Below, in pieces: positions 18,811 through 28,134 of a stretch of 64,000 bases of DNA; the first letter of the stretch is position 1, and each line of letters starts with the position of its first letter. Origin of the DNA: Candidatus Enterousia sp. (GTDB lineage Bacteria > Pseudomonadota > Alphaproteobacteria > Rs-D84). The DNA is taken from NCBI GenBank assembly GCA_045613345.1, contig JAZLAT010000005.1, forward strand, positions 203,263 to 267,262. Direction: 5' to 3'. The notes below the pieces were generated by a model. The model ran no database searches, was not told the origin of the DNA, and saw only the letters and a list, made by a program, of their open reading frames with translations. The translations under genes were made by a program, and so were the position numbers.

Positions 18811-19176
18811 ATGAAAAAATTGATGTTTTGTGGTGCGGCGGCGGCAATAATTGCGGGCTGTTCTTCACATGAAAAGCCGGTTGCTGTTTTTGATGCACAA
18901 TGCGAACAAATTACAAAACTTAATGCGGGTACTTTTGTTGTGAAATGTCCGGTTACGCGCATATTGACCGTTATTCAACAGCAAAAACCAAACGGCAAAT
19001 TCACCAATACCGAAGGTTTGCCTTTGGCGGACTATGTTGCGGATGCCGAACACGTATATGTCGAAGTGACACCAAATGTGACATTTGGTGGTCAAGCAAA
19101 TCGGACACAATATCGTGTAATGGTTCCAAATGCCGATATCACCTCAGACCATTGGTCGGTTGCTTTGATAGATTAA
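18811..19176 (+). CDS. Lipoprotein of unknown function
   Basis: Signal peptide with lipobox IAGC-S. 121 aa. Confidence 0.5.
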   Translation: MKKLMFCGAAAAIIAGCSSHEKPVAVFDAQCEQITKLNAGTFVVKCPVTRILTVIQQQKPNGKFTNTEGLPLADYVADAEHVYVEVTPNVTFGGQANRTQYRVMVPNADITSDHWSVALID

Positions 19177-19198
19177 AAGCTTCTATTATTTTAAATAA

Positions 19199-19230
19199 AC
19201 ATACCGACGTTTGTCGGTATGTTTTATTTT
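19199..19230 (+). terminator. Rho-independent terminator (CATACCGACG-TTTG-TCGGTATG followed by a T-run)
   Basis: Read directly downstream of the lipoprotein gene. Confidence 0.6.
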
Positions 19231-19265
19231 AATAATCAATAATTTTATACAAAATAAAATGAATA

Positions 19266-19299
19266 AAAAACCACCGACATATGTCGATGGTTTTTTTCT
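19266..19299 (-). terminator. Rho-independent terminator for the adhesin gene (CCACCGACATATGTCGATGG with a T-run on the minus strand)
   Basis: Read directly. Confidence 0.6.
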
Positions 19300-19318
19300 C
19301 ACTTTCCGTTCAAAGGGT

Positions 19319-21934
19319 TTAGAACAATTTGAACTTATAGTTTGTTCCGGCGCGAACCGAGAAGTTGTCGCTGCCCTTCAGGCCAAGACCAGCACCAGCA
19401 TTAACCGACCAACGATCGCTTAAGCCCATTGCCGCGCCCAAAGCCACTGCAGATTGGTCATTGTAATAACCATATCCACCACCGACAGACACTTCACCGC
19501 GTTTCACATTCGAAACCGCAACCGAAGACAAGGCAACCGCGCTTGCCACGCCCGCCGACACATTTTCTTCTAATTTGTCGGTATAGCCCATTGCTTGTTT
19601 CAATGTCAATTCATCGCCCGCTACACGGTTTGCAACTTCTGTATCAAGTGACGCATTCAAAGTTGTCAAATGATCCGCAACACTTGGTGTTGTGGTGCTT
19701 GTTGCCGCCGCCAGGTTGTTACCAGTCAAGCCCGCAACATTACCAATTGCAACATCCAACGAATCCAAATGACCCGCGACACTTGCCGTAGAAACCGCCA
19801 AGTTGCCATTAGCATTTGTCATGCTGTGCACCGCACCAATATCATTTGTATTGGTTGTAACTTGGGTATCCAACGCCTTGATATTTGTCGCGATGTCACC
19901 AGTGGTTGTATAAGTCCCCGCCATATTACCACGGTTACCAATGGCGCTGTTCAAGGAATTCAAGTGCGCCGCAACGGTGGCTGTGGTTGCCGGTGACACA
20001 GGCGTCGCTAAATTAGTCCCGGTCACTGTGGACATATCGCCAATCGCATCAGCATTCGCCTGGATACCATTGTTCAAGCTTTGCAAGTTTTGTACAACAT
20101 CATTTGTACCGTCGACATAATTACCTGTCAATGCGCTGCGATTACCAATTGCAGTATTCAACTTTTGTAAGTTTGCAACAACTGTGCCATCTGTAACAAG
20201 GTTTTCACCACTCAAGCTACTGCGATTACCAATTGCGTTATCAACCGCATTGATTGCACCACTGAAAGTTGTTTCTTCGCCGGCATTTGGTCCTGTTAAA
20301 GCAGTTTTAACCGCATCAGCATTTGCAGAAACGATACCCAAGGTATTATCAACCCAAGTCTGTTTTGCATTAAATGTCGCAACAGCTTCTTGGCGCAATG
20401 CATCAACCTTTTGATCAACTGAACCATTAACTGTTTTGTCGCCGTTCAATTTATCAACCGCAGTATCCAGGCTTGTCAACACACCTGAAACGGTTGCGCC
20501 TGTTCCGCCAATCGCTTCCACTTCATCAGGGTCGCCAATAACGTCTCTGACCGCGACCAATGCATCGGACACCGTGGCACCCATGTCACTGAAGTCAGCA
20601 CTGCCCAGTTTACCATCGATTTCTGTCTTGGTGTAAACAGATGACGCATCAGCTTTGGCATCCAACGCCGTATCCAATGCACCACCATCAGCCATAGAAC
20701 GTGCTAATGCAGCATCAACTTCACCATCCACAGCTTTCTTCGTAGAAGCATTATAGGTATTATATGCACCAAGGGTTGTAGCATATTCGCCAGAATCCGC
20801 TGTAAAGGCCGCATAAGCATTTTGATAATCAGCATTGGCCGTGGCATAATCACTGGCTGCCGTAGTATAATCTGCATCATAAGTATTATATGCGTCAACC
20901 AACGAATTAAATGCACCACGTTCCGTGTTATATTGTGCAACAGCAGCTTGATAATTAGTATTATCGCCACCCCATACTGCCATTTCTGCATCATAATTTG
21001 TTTTATCGGTATTATAATGAGAAACCGCGGTCGCCGCATTATCAAATTCAGATACAGGCAAATTCAGCACTCCTTCCGAAACATAATTTCCTAAATTGTC
21101 AGCTTCGCCATTGGTGTTGGTAAATGTATAAACAGTCCAATCTAAACCGTCACCATTTAACGCATGCGAAACACTGTTCCAATCTGTCCATGAATAACCG
21201 GTATAAGCCAGGTTCGCATTCGCGTCTAACAAACCGTTAGTCAATTCAGTATTTGTGACATCTTTCAACGAAACATCACCGCCCGCCTTAGTAGAAGCGA
21301 ATGTATAATTGTCGCCAGCCAAAGCAGCCGCCACAGTTGGGTCATCACCAGCCGTTGCACCCATTTGGAATTTATAACCACCTGTTGCTTGCGTGTACAA
21401 TTGTGCATTGTTACGTGCAACATGTGCGGTACTGTAATCGTTAGCACCAGTCAAAGTGCCATCCGTCGCGGTTTTCAAATCACCGTAACTTGAAATAGCA
21501 ACCAAAGACTTGTTCATGTTTGTCCCATCGCCATTTCCATTGATGGTTGTTTGTGTGCCACCAAAATCAAACGCATACTCTGCCTGAGTCGGTGCACCAG
21601 CGGTCACACTTAATTCTGATTGTTCATCAATACGATATGCAGCAGTAGCATCATATTTTCCGTCAGAATAGTTTGTGTCGGTGATGCTGGCATTGACCGC
21701 AGCAACCGCAGCATTCATAACCGTACTGGAACCAGCAGCCGCTATTACTGCGGAATTTTGTACCTGTGGTTCGATATTTGTTAATACGTCATTAACGTCA
21801 ACATTAATCGCAGCGTTCGCAGGCATCGCAGCCACAACACCCATTACTGCAACACTTGTCAAGAATGCGTGACGCAAAACACCACGGTATTGCGCCGTCA
21901 ACTCTTTCAAAGTTGTTTTAGTTTGTCTTAACAT
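19319..21934 (-). CDS. Trimeric autotransporter adhesin (YadA-like)
   Basis: The C-terminal YadA-anchor is GVASAVALSSVAVSNV...GEVSVGGGYGYYNDQSAVALGAAMGLSDRWSVNAGAGLGLKGSDNFSVRAGTNYKF. The stalk carries repeats of the form HLNSLNSAIGNRG / NLQKLNTAIGNRS. The likely start is MLRQTKTTLKELTAQYRGVLRHAFLTSVAVMGVVAAMPANA, an extended autotransporter-type signal peptide, with RBS AAAGGAAAG. The tracked start at 22006 sits further upstream. Confidence 0.75.
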   Translation of the reverse strand: MLRQTKTTLKELTAQYRGVLRHAFLTSVAVMGVVAAMPANAAINVDVNDVLTNIEPQVQNSAVIAAAGSSTVMNAAVAAVNASITDTNYSDGKYDATAAYRIDEQSELSVTAGAPTQAEYAFDFGGTQTTINGNGDGTNMNKSLVAISSYGDLKTATDGTLTGANDYSTAHVARNNAQLYTQATGGYKFQMGATAGDDPTVAAALAGDNYTFASTKAGGDVSLKDVTNTELTNGLLDANANLAYTGYSWTDWNSVSHALNGDGLDWTVYTFTNTNGEADNLGNYVSEGVLNLPVSEFDNAATAVSHYNTDKTNYDAEMAVWGGDNTNYQAAVAQYNTERGAFNSLVDAYNTYDADYTTAASDYATANADYQNAYAAFTADSGEYATTLGAYNTYNASTKKAVDGEVDAALARSMADGGALDTALDAKADASSVYTKTEIDGKLGSADFSDMGATVSDALVAVRDVIGDPDEVEAIGGTGATVSGVLTSLDTAVDKLNGDKTVNGSVDQKVDALRQEAVATFNAKQTWVDNTLGIVSANADAVKTALTGPNAGEETTFSGAINAVDNAIGNRSSLSGENLVTDGTVVANLQKLNTAIGNRSALTGNYVDGTNDVVQNLQSLNNGIQANADAIGDMSTVTGTNLATPVSPATTATVAAHLNSLNSAIGNRGNMAGTYTTTGDIATNIKALDTQVTTNTNDIGAVHSMTNANGNLAVSTASVAGHLDSLDVAIGNVAGLTGNNLAAATSTTTPSVADHLTTLNASLDTEVANRVAGDELTLKQAMGYTDKLEENVSAGVASAVALSSVAVSNVKRGEVSVGGGYGYYNDQSAVALGAAMGLSDRWSVNAGAGLGLKGSDNFSVRAGTNYKFKLF

Positions 21935-22176
21935 TTTTCTTTCCTTTCGTTTTTGATTAATCAAACCCACGACCCAACCACGGACCGTGTATTTTTTATT
22001 TAGCACATTATATATTTCAAATCAAGATTTTTTTGTTTACAATTTCAAACCACACGCAAAGTCACGGTTCATGCGGCTTTGCGTATCGTACAAAATTTTT
22101 ATATTTATTTATATAACAAAGATATATAACTTGGAACAATAATAAGCAAAGTTATATTTAAACAAATTATATAAAT

Positions 22177-22206
22177 AAAAAAAACCGCCAATTGGCGGTT
22201 TTTTAT
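22177..22206. terminator. Bidirectional terminator (A-run, CCGCCAATTGGCGG hairpin, T-run)
   Basis: Read directly downstream of skp. Confidence 0.6.
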
Positions 22207-22216
22207 CAAAGCCTTT

Positions 22217-22870
22217 TTAAAAACCTTTGGGTTTATCCATCTTTACATTGGATACTTTTTTATTTAACGCATTAACAACGTCATTAGTTATATCCAAATT
22301 TCCAATGTTCGCACCCGTGCGAGCAAAACGACCATCAATCACCAAAGACAAATTCTTTTTAGTGATTATTGCATCAATAATTGGATCAAGATGCTTTTCT
22401 TGAATTTCTGCAAGTGCTTTTTGGAAAGCGACTTCTACGGCTTGGGCGCGTTCGGTTAAATCGCGTTGTAATTTTGCGATTTTTCCTTGGTATTCAACAA
22501 CGCGACGTTGTAATGCTTCACGCGATAAAACATCTTGAGATTTTTCGATGTCGGCTTTTTCTTTTTCCAAATCTTTTTGTTCTTTTTCCATTTCTTTGCG
22601 CAGTTGATTTTCATATTTTTCTTTTTGGTTGCGCAAATCTTGCAATGCTTTGGATTCCGATTGGATTGCGTCCATACGAACAATCGCAAATCGCAATTCG
22701 CCACCCGTTGGTGCATCTGCAGAAACTTCGGCAATGGCTTCGTCGGCGCTTACGTTTTTGGAACCACCAACCAGTGATACCCCAATCAGCGCAATTGCGA
22801 CAACCACCGCGGCAACGATACCAAATTTAATATATTTTTTTTGTGGGTTATTATTTTTTGTGTCTTGCAT
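22217..22870 (-). CDS. skp: Periplasmic chaperone Skp (OmpH family)
   Basis: Signal/TM segment followed by a long Lys/Glu-rich coiled-coil (KALQDLRNQKEKYENQLRKEMEKEQKDLEKEK) and the tail LVIDGRF...ITNDV. Confidence 0.7.
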   Translation of the reverse strand: MQDTKNNNPQKKYIKFGIVAAVVVAIALIGVSLVGGSKNVSADEAIAEVSADAPTGGELRFAIVRMDAIQSESKALQDLRNQKEKYENQLRKEMEKEQKDLEKEKADIEKSQDVLSREALQRRVVEYQGKIAKLQRDLTERAQAVEVAFQKALAEIQEKHLDPIIDAIITKKNLSLVIDGRFARTGANIGNLDITNDVVNALNKKVSNVKMDKPKGF

Positions 22871-23050
22871 ATCTAATCCTTTTTGTTGACACGGTGACTA
22901 TAGCAATAAAAAATTACAAAACACAAGTGAAAAATTTGGAACCGTTTATATTGGGAAAAATATCATCATTTATAAACGATACAAAAACCAGACTATGTTG
23001 TCTTGAAATGCGCAAATCGAAGCATTTAAGTAAAACATTTGTGAATATTT

Positions 23051-23518
23051 TTATTGTCCCTTGCGACGACGGAATTCGTCAAGTGACACGACACGCCCTT
23101 TATCAGGAATAGTATCACCCGTGCCGTCCAATGGTAATTCTATATCATTATCGGGCGATGCGACGGACGGTCTGTTGTGGAAAGACAACATAAAGTCCAC
23201 CGATGGGTCTTTGAATTCAACCAATGCCGAAAACGGAACACGAATAAAGAATGGTCGCCCATCAAAAGTCAATTGCACACCAAATTCTTTATCCGACACA
23301 TTTAAATTATTATAAGAATACTGTAACACTATTGTCATCACATCAGGATATCGTATACGCAAAAAATCCGGCAATACCACCCCCGCATCATGGGTGCGAA
23401 ATGTTATAAAGAAATGCATTCCGTCACCAAGGCCATTTATTTGCGCGTGTATCAAAGCTTCGCGTACCACAGATTTCAGTGCGTTATCTAATAAAGTTTG
23501 ATAATCTATTTTTGCCAT
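23051..23518 (-). CDS. sspB: ClpXP adaptor SspB (alphaproteobacterial type)
   Basis: GMHFFITFRTHDAGVVLPDFLRIRYPDVMTIVLQYSYNNLNV...GVQLTFDGRPFFIRVPFSALVEFKDPSVDFMLSF aligns closely to Caulobacter SspB-alpha. The protein ends with a ClpX-binding-like tail (RVVSLDEFRRRKGQ). Confidence 0.65.
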   Translation of the reverse strand: MAKIDYQTLLDNALKSVVREALIHAQINGLGDGMHFFITFRTHDAGVVLPDFLRIRYPDVMTIVLQYSYNNLNVSDKEFGVQLTFDGRPFFIRVPFSALVEFKDPSVDFMLSFHNRPSVASPDNDIELPLDGTGDTIPDKGRVVSLDEFRRRKGQ

Positions 23519-23520
23519 TT

Positions 23521-24603
23521 TTATGATTCCTGTTTTCTTATTATATTATGTATTCCCCCATCAACGCAAGCAACAAATATTGCATTTTGTACATTATTAA
23601 ATATTTCGGAATCTATTCCGGTTGCCCAAACTTGGGCATGTGCCGCCCCAAGTTCGGAAAATAACCGCGCCCGTGCATTTGTATCCAGATGTGCTGCGGC
23701 TTCGTCCAGTAATATTATTGGTTCTGCGCCCGTCTTTGTATGAATCAATTTTGCGTGCGCCAAAATTATGTTCAATAAAGTCGTTTTTTGCTGGCCGGTA
23801 CTGGTCAAATTTGCCGGCAAGTTCAATACCCGATTAAAGACACCGAAATCAGATTTATTAACACCATCCAAGACCATCTTGTCATTTACCAATTCTTTGG
23901 TTTGGCGCAAATATGATAAATAATTTCTTTCGGCATCTGCGGCATTTGTTTGCATTATCATGGATTCAACTATTCCGTCCACGGATATAGCGCAATCGGT
24001 CAAAAAATAGTTTATTTCACCTGCATATTGAATACGCGCGGCGGCAATTGCGATGGCAATCGCAGCAATTTGAGTATCAATAGCATCAATCCAGTTGGCA
24101 TCCGCCCCACCCTTTAATGCGGCGGCACGTTCAGTCATCAATTTATTGTGTCTTGCGATGCGTCCTGCGTGCGCTGAATCAAATCCGGCAACCATTCTGT
24201 CAAAAAAAGCACGTCTGTCCGCAGATGCATCAACAAATATTCTGTCTTCGCGCGGTGTTATCCACACAATACGCAATGATTTTGCCAATTCGGCAAGTGG
24301 TGCATTATCGCCATTTAATTTTGCGTGTCTGTTTGCATCCCCAGAATTGAAATATACACAAACTTCATCATCATGTGCGGTTGTCGCATACACTGAAAAT
24401 CCGCCCGTGCCGTCAAATCGTGCAACATCGGTCATTGGTGCACCACGCATACCGCGGTCCCCAGACAGCATCGATACGGCTTCGATAATTGCGGTTTTGC
24501 CCGCGCCATTGGGACCGGTTATAATAATATTACGCGCACCGTGAATATTAAGGCGCGTAGATTTATGGTTTCTAAAATCTGTCAAAGTCAGCCGACTAAT
24601 CAT
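23521..24603 (-). CDS. recF: DNA replication and repair protein RecF
   Basis: MISRLTLTDFRNHKSTRLNIHGARNIIITGPNGAGKTAIIEAVSML (Walker A) and LLDEAAAHLD (Walker B / signature). The tracked ORF begins 18 codons further upstream. Confidence 0.85.
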   Translation of the reverse strand: MISRLTLTDFRNHKSTRLNIHGARNIIITGPNGAGKTAIIEAVSMLSGDRGMRGAPMTDVARFDGTGGFSVYATTAHDDEVCVYFNSGDANRHAKLNGDNAPLAELAKSLRIVWITPREDRIFVDASADRRAFFDRMVAGFDSAHAGRIARHNKLMTERAAALKGGADANWIDAIDTQIAAIAIAIAAARIQYAGEINYFLTDCAISVDGIVESMIMQTNAADAERNYLSYLRQTKELVNDKMVLDGVNKSDFGVFNRVLNLPANLTSTGQQKTTLLNIILAHAKLIHTKTGAEPIILLDEAAAHLDTNARARLFSELGAAHAQVWATGIDSEIFNNVQNAIFVACVDGGIHNIIRKQES

Positions 24604-24717
24604 AACATGAATACTAGAAATTTTCCCGCGTATTTGCAAGAAATAAAGAATATCCACCCTGCTCTATTTGCTTTTGCAAAGAAAAACATCGGCAATCGCC
24701 GGTGTTTTTTATAAATT

Positions 24718-24791
24718 TGGAGGCTTGGGTCGGAATCGAACCGGCATCAAAGGATTTGCAGTCCTCTGCATAACCACTCTGCCACCAAGCC
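24718..24791 (-). tRNA. tRNA-Cys (anticodon GCA)
   Basis: The reverse complement is GGCTTGG TG GCAG AGTGGTTAT GCAG A GGACT GCAAATC CTTTG ATGCC GGTTCGATT CCGAC CCAAGCC T CCA. Confidence 0.85.
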
Positions 24792-24876
24792 ATGATTAGT
24801 GATTCAATCCTAACAAAAAAAATTTATTTTTCAACACAAAAAATATATAATAAAAAAGTTAAATGGTCAATGGGGA

Positions 24877-26205
24877 ATGAATTCGGTAAAAATTTCTTTA
24901 CTGTTTATTTTTATCTGCGAATTCGCGTTTGGCGCGAACAATGATTGTGTATCTCGTAAAACCGTGCCGACCGAAGTTATGGATTTAAGTGCGGTGATTG
25001 AATTGGGGTTATGCCGAAATCCAGATACCATGTCTGCGTATTATAATTATCAATCTGCACGATACAATAAAAACGCCGGATATGCAAATTACCTGCCCGC
25101 AGTAAATGGTTCGGCATCAATGTCGAACAATTATCAAAATCATGATTGGACAGATTGGCAATATGGTGCGTCAATTTCTGCATCTTATTTGATTTTTGAC
25201 TTTGGCAAGCGTCTTGCCGATTTGAACCAGTTGTCGTCTGTGTGGCGCGCGACCGGATTTGACTATGATGATCGGGTTCAAAATTATGTATACAGCATAA
25301 TTGGTTCGTATTATGGTTTGCTGAATGCAGACGCCGATTTAGAAAGCGCAAAATTTCTGCGCAGTGTTGCGCAAACGGCACTTGATATGGCAAAGACAAA
25401 ATTTCGTGCTGGTGTCGTTGCACGCGCAGATGTCTTGCGTGCAGAAACCACATTGGCGACGCGTGATTTAGAATTGGAACGCGCAAAAAACAATCGTGAA
25501 ATTTCCAAAGGAACATTACTGACCAAACTTTCTTTTCCGGCGAACCAGGAAATAATTATTGCAGATATGACCGGTGATTTTGGTACACCCCATGAAAACC
25601 GCAGTATAGATGAATTGGTCGATGTTGCACGTCAAAAACGTCCCGACCTTTTGCGGGCAAGCGCAAACAAAGATGCGGCATGGCATCGGCGCAACAGTGC
25701 ATTCCTTAAAAATTTGCCGTCTTTCAGTGCGACGGGAAATTTGAATTGGAACGATGACAATGCGCAATTCTTTGGCACGGGTGGTGATCACATTAGTGCG
25801 GGAATTGGAATTCGTGCGTCTATGCCGATATTTGCAGGGTTCGCGAATATGTACGGTCTGCGCAGCGCAACCGCCGCATACGAAAGTGCGGACGAAACAT
25901 TGCGTTCTGTTCGCGACAACGCCATGCTTGACGTGTTCAGTGCATATCAAAATTACAAGACCGCACAAACAGTTTTAACACAAACAGATACATTATTAAA
26001 ATCTGCAACTGAATCAGAACGCGTGACGGCGGGAATGTACCGTGTTGGGCGTGCAACTATGCTTGATTGGCAAACCGCACAATCAGAATTAGTTTCAGCT
26101 CAACGTCAACATAATGCTGCTAAATATGACCTTTATATCAAACGCGCGGCGGTTGCATTATCAATCGGCGATATCAAATCAGAAATAGAAAAGGATAATT
26201 TATGA
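24877..26205 (+). CDS. TolC-family outer-membrane efflux protein
   Basis: Signal peptide. Duplicated coiled-coil OEP repeats (ADLESAKFLRSVAQTALDMAKTKFRAGVVARADVLRAETTLATRDLELERAK...). Confidence 0.75.
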   Translation: MNSVKISLLFIFICEFAFGANNDCVSRKTVPTEVMDLSAVIELGLCRNPDTMSAYYNYQSARYNKNAGYANYLPAVNGSASMSNNYQNHDWTDWQYGASISASYLIFDFGKRLADLNQLSSVWRATGFDYDDRVQNYVYSIIGSYYGLLNADADLESAKFLRSVAQTALDMAKTKFRAGVVARADVLRAETTLATRDLELERAKNNREISKGTLLTKLSFPANQEIIIADMTGDFGTPHENRSIDELVDVARQKRPDLLRASANKDAAWHRRNSAFLKNLPSFSATGNLNWNDDNAQFFGTGGDHISAGIGIRASMPIFAGFANMYGLRSATAAYESADETLRSVRDNAMLDVFSAYQNYKTAQTVLTQTDTLLKSATESERVTAGMYRVGRATMLDWQTAQSELVSAQRQHNAAKYDLYIKRAAVALSIGDIKSEIEKDNL

Positions 26206-27392
26206 CGGATACCATGGAACCCAAAAAATCTTTTATTCGCCGTATGTTCGGATTTATATGGCGACACAAATGGTGGTCTTTGGTTGTGTTGTTGTGTTTA
26301 ATCGGTGGTGGCGTATGGTGGATTATCGCGGCAAGTTCAGAACGCGTGGAATATGTCACGGTTAATGTGTCGCGTGGTGATATTCGGCACTTGGTAACCG
26401 CCACAGGTGAAATAAATCCTGTGAACACGGTCAGCGTCGGTTCCCAAGTTTCCGGCACAATAGAAGAAATCTATGTTGATTATAATTCTCATGTGAACAA
26501 AGGCGATTTATTATTGACCATCGAACCGTCGGTATTACAGGCGTCGGTTGATGAAGCGCGCGCATCATTGGATTCGGCTAAATCGCAATTAAACCTTGCC
26601 AAAAACGATTATGAACGCAATAAAACATTATATGACCAAGGTTACATTGCACGCGCAGAAATGGAACAATCCCAGGCAAACTATGAACAAGCTGTGCAAT
26701 CCGTGAAACGCGCAGAATCTCAATATGAACGCGCAGAAACGAACCTTGGGTATGCGACCATTACTTCGCCTGTGGACGGCACGGTTATATCGCGCAAGGT
26801 TGACCGTGGACAAACAGTTGCGGCATCTTTCCAAACGCCCGATTTATTTGAAATTGCCGAAGATTTATCAAAAATGCAGATTGAAACCGCTGTGTCCGAA
26901 GCCGATATCGGTGTAATCCAAGAAGGTCAAAATGTCACATTTACTGTTGATGCATATCCACAAAAGAAATTTAATGGCATTGTTCGTCAAATAAGATTAT
27001 CGCCAACAATGACATCAAATGTTGTTGTATACACTGTGGTTATTGATGTTGATAATTCCGACCTTAGTTTGATGCCGGGTATGACCGCTTTTGTCACAAT
27101 ACTTATCGACGAAGCAAAAAACGTGTGGAAAACCCAAAATGCGGCATTTTTGGTGCGAAATTTTAAGAATATAATTCCAAATGCCCCCGAAGATATTAAA
27201 CCCGATGCATATGTTGCAATTCTGCGCGGCAAAGATGTTGTCTATGTGCCCTATTCCAAAGGTTTAACCACCGCCACCGAAAGTCAAATTGTGTCCGATA
27301 AAATTGTCGAAGGCGATAAAATCATTGTCGGTCGTATCGGTCAATCAACTGCATCGGCCGCAACCCAGGCGCGTCGTCGTGGTCCAATGTAA
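26202..27392 (+). CDS. Efflux periplasmic adaptor (membrane-fusion protein, HlyD/MacA family)
   Basis: N-terminal TM segment, coiled-coil hairpin, lipoyl and beta-barrel regions (YATITSPVDGTVISRKVDRGQTVA). Confidence 0.75.
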   Translation: MTDTMEPKKSFIRRMFGFIWRHKWWSLVVLLCLIGGGVWWIIAASSERVEYVTVNVSRGDIRHLVTATGEINPVNTVSVGSQVSGTIEEIYVDYNSHVNKGDLLLTIEPSVLQASVDEARASLDSAKSQLNLAKNDYERNKTLYDQGYIARAEMEQSQANYEQAVQSVKRAESQYERAETNLGYATITSPVDGTVISRKVDRGQTVAASFQTPDLFEIAEDLSKMQIETAVSEADIGVIQEGQNVTFTVDAYPQKKFNGIVRQIRLSPTMTSNVVVYTVVIDVDNSDLSLMPGMTAFVTILIDEAKNVWKTQNAAFLVRNFKNIIPNAPEDIKPDAYVAILRGKDVVYVPYSKGLTTATESQIVSDKIVEGDKIIVGRIGQSTASAATQARRRGPM

Positions 27393-27393
27393 A

Positions 27394-28134
27394 ATGAAGA
27401 AAACCGAAACAATTATTTCTTTGAATAAAATTTGCAAAAGTTTCCCATTGGAAATTGGTGGGCGACAACAGGTTTTATTTGATATAACTTTTGATATTGG
27501 TGCCGGCGAATTTGTCGCAATTATGGGACCATCGGGTTCGGGCAAATCCACATGTATGAATATCATTGGTGCGCTGGACACGCCAAGTTCCGGTGTATAC
27601 GCGTTGTACGGTCGCGATATTACAAATATGACCGCGGATGAACTTGCGATGGTTCGTAACGAATATATTGGGTTTGTTTTTCAAAACTTTAACCTTTTGC
27701 CCAAACGAAATGTGTTGGACAATGTTATGTTGCCATTGATGTATCGCGGAATGTCGCCTGATGACAGAATCCGCCGTTCACGTGAAATGCTGCATCGGGT
27801 CGGTCTTAGAGATTTTGAAACTTATTTGCCGACACAATTATCGGGCGGAATGAAACAACGTGTCGCAATTGCGCGCGCATTGGCGGGTGAACCCAAATTG
27901 ATACTGGCAGACGAACCAACTGGCGCATTGGATTCCAAAATGGGAAACGAAATTTTGGGATTCTTTCGCAAATTAAATAACGAAGAAGGAATTACAATCG
28001 TTATGATAACACACGAATTTGACACGGCACAATATGCAAAACGGCTGATACACATTTACGATGGTCGAATAAATTATGACGGGGTCGTCCCAGAAACCGA
28101 AGCAACACTTATCAAAAAGACGCAAAAGAAATGA
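27394..28134 (+). CDS. ABC transporter ATP-binding protein (MacB/LolD-type)
   Basis: Walker A GPSGSGKST, signature LSGGMKQRVAIARAL, Walker B ILADEPTGALD. The ATG at 27394 follows the MFP stop. Confidence 0.85.
   Translation: MKKTETIISLNKICKSFPLEIGGRQQVLFDITFDIGAGEFVAIMGPSGSGKSTCMNIIGALDTPSSGVYALYGRDITNMTADELAMVRNEYIGFVFQNFNLLPKRNVLDNVMLPLMYRGMSPDDRIRRSREMLHRVGLRDFETYLPTQLSGGMKQRVAIARALAGEPKLILADEPTGALDSKMGNEILGFFRKLNNEEGITIVMITHEFDTAQYAKRLIHIYDGRINYDGVVPETEATLIKKTQKK

Noticed and set aside
20704-21094. ORFs inside the adhesin gene with odd Ile/Met/Leu-rich translations
   Set aside because: These are alternative-frame artefacts of a repetitive, compositionally biased adhesin gene.
22381-22889. 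Plus-strand ORFs of 80-149 aa overlapping skp
   Set aside because: They are antisense to skp, which is a good Skp match, and their translation is low-complexity.
24095-24544. 149-aa ORF on the plus strand inside recF
   Set aside because: It is antisense to recF and has no motifs.
27777-27792. GTTCACGTGAAAT as a parS site
   Set aside because: It is one base short of the parS half-site spacing (GTT-CACGTGAAAT versus GTTTCACGTGAAAC) and lies inside a coding region. It is probably coincidental.
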